A DNA stretch of 63,639 nucleotides, the filler included, from Octopus bimaculoides (taxonomy: Eukaryota): NCBI RefSeq assembly GCF_001194135.2. It is 8 parts of 6 records of this genome, joined end to end, with 100 filler letters (N's around TTAATTAATTAA, not from the genome) between each part and the next. Parts side by side here need not be neighbours in the genome. Positions count along the whole stretch, not along the records: positions 61,043 to 63,639 come from NW_026309346.1; 7 more parts are not named here. One strand, 5' to 3'. Positions 62,000-63,639 of the stretch are shown here, piece by piece (position 1 is the stretch's first letter; each line of letters opens with the position of its first letter). Below the pieces are notes generated by a model, which was given only the letters and a program-made list of their open reading frames with translations, ran no database searches and was not told where the DNA came from. Both the position numbers and the translations under genes were made by a program.

Positions 62000-63486
62000 T
62001 ATTAAGGTAATAACCAAGAAAAGTTTGAAAATTTGTGTTTTTTTTTAAACATTATATCTTAACGTGTGAAATGAAAATCCAACTAATCTAGAACTGTGTA
62101 AGAATCTCAGAGTACCAACTTTCTAAATGAATGTTCCAAGGAGCAAATTCAGTGCAAGAACTAGTTGTGCCCTTCTTGCCAGCACTCCACGGAAGACCCT
62201 TTATGCTCTCAATAATGAGAAAAACTATCGGATGAAATTCAGTCACTAAATATATACGTTTTTTCTACCACAAGAAAAACGCTTACAATGAGGTTCTTAA
62301 TTTCTACCATCGCTGAGTAGACTCGGTGAGAGCTTGAAAATCTTACATAAGAAGCCATTCCTGCTTGTGGCATTTTGAACCAATTCCCATCACATTTCCT
62401 TCTTGAAGATTTGAATTCCATTGGAGAAAAGAGTCGATAGATCGAAGTCAAGATAGATTTGTGGGTGGAAGTAATTCCTCACGGATTAGAAACATCTGAG
62501 AGAGGCCTTCGTGAGGTCCGGTTACAGAGAGAGTAACCGACTCAAGATATTTTGTGCGCTTAAAATAATATTTGAAAGGGAAACATTGATGAAGTTCTTT
62601 GAATTCTTACTATAATCTAGCAAGAATGTACATACATACATACATACATACATACATACATACACACATATGTACGTACATACATATGCATGCATATATA
62701 CATTAGCACATGTGTGCTTGAATGAACATATGTATACATATATATTCACGTGTAAAATATAAAAGTGCATATATATACATATATATATATACACACCTAC
62801 ATATGCATATACTATACACATGTATATACATATAAATGTGTGTGTGAGTGTGAATCTGTATGTATGTGTATATNNNNNNNNNNNNNNNNNNNNNNNNNNN
62901 NNNNNNNNNNNNNNNNNNNNNNNNNNNNNNNNNNNNNNNNNNNNNNNNNNNNNATATATATATATATATATATACATCTATATACATGGATACACATATG
63001 TACATGCTTGTGTAGTTATGTATAAAACATGCGTAATATATACGGTTGTGTATGACTATACGAAGTGTGTGTGTGTATATATATATATGTACAGGTGTAC
63101 TATAATGCATATATATACATGTAAATTTACATGTATATGAATGTAAGTGCGTTTGTACGTATGCATCTATACAAGTTTGTAATCACGTACATGTGTACGC
63201 ATGCATGCATGAGTGCATACGCGTATGCACTCATGCTTGCGACTATGTACAGAGGTGTTGTAAGTGTGTAGAATTGCGATACACGGAGCAATTAATTCGT
63301 TCTTAATCCCAACTGATTATGCATATGTTTTGTAGCACATTATTGTCTAATAATTTCTGATAACTATTCCGATTTATTATAAAAAATTTTTTACTGGAAA
63401 TGTACGCATCTATATTCCTTTTATGCGCAACCACTCACACTCAAAAGCGCATATATATATATATATATATATGTCTATGTATATAA

Positions 63487-63559
<73 letters not shown>

Positions 63560-63639
63560 TGTGTGTGTCTATGCATATAAACATACATATATATGTGTGT
63601 ATATATATGCTATATATATATATTTATATATGTTTACAG

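Overview
AT-rich, gapped eukaryotic scaffold saturated with microsatellites and interspersed repeats. The SINE families, repeat density and TTAATTAATTAA-padded 100-nt gaps suggest a coleoid cephalopod (Octopus-like) draft assembly; this is inference, not a database match. No host protein-coding exon could be confidently identified: nearly all ORFs in the track are microsatellite or N-run artefacts. Recognisable coding remnants are all transposon-derived: R4/Dong-like RLE LINE pieces (3.9, 15.8, 16.2 kb), a Tx1/L1-like ORF2 piece (13.5-14.0 kb), Penelope-like RT/GIY-YIG pieces (16.6-17.5, 41.3-41.9 kb), a CR1/L2-type 3' end (37.5 kb), DD37D maT mariner relics (34.3, 42.2, 47.0 kb) and a Tc1 fragment (5.25 kb). 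The most notable signal is a set of about 11 minimal hammerhead-ribozyme (HHR) motifs in short Penelope-pLTR/retrozyme-like repeats. Four have intact cores. Three of these form one subfamily (CUGAAGA-U...U-GAAAC, GUA cleavage triplet) showing compensatory changes in stems I and II, and another subfamily carries a recurrent non-canonical CUGUCGA core. Also present are long foldback inverted repeats, a 30-bp-stem hairpin, and a 3' stem-loop tail shared between a LINE and the dominant SINE. All alignments and folds were done by eye; repeat boundaries are approximate.
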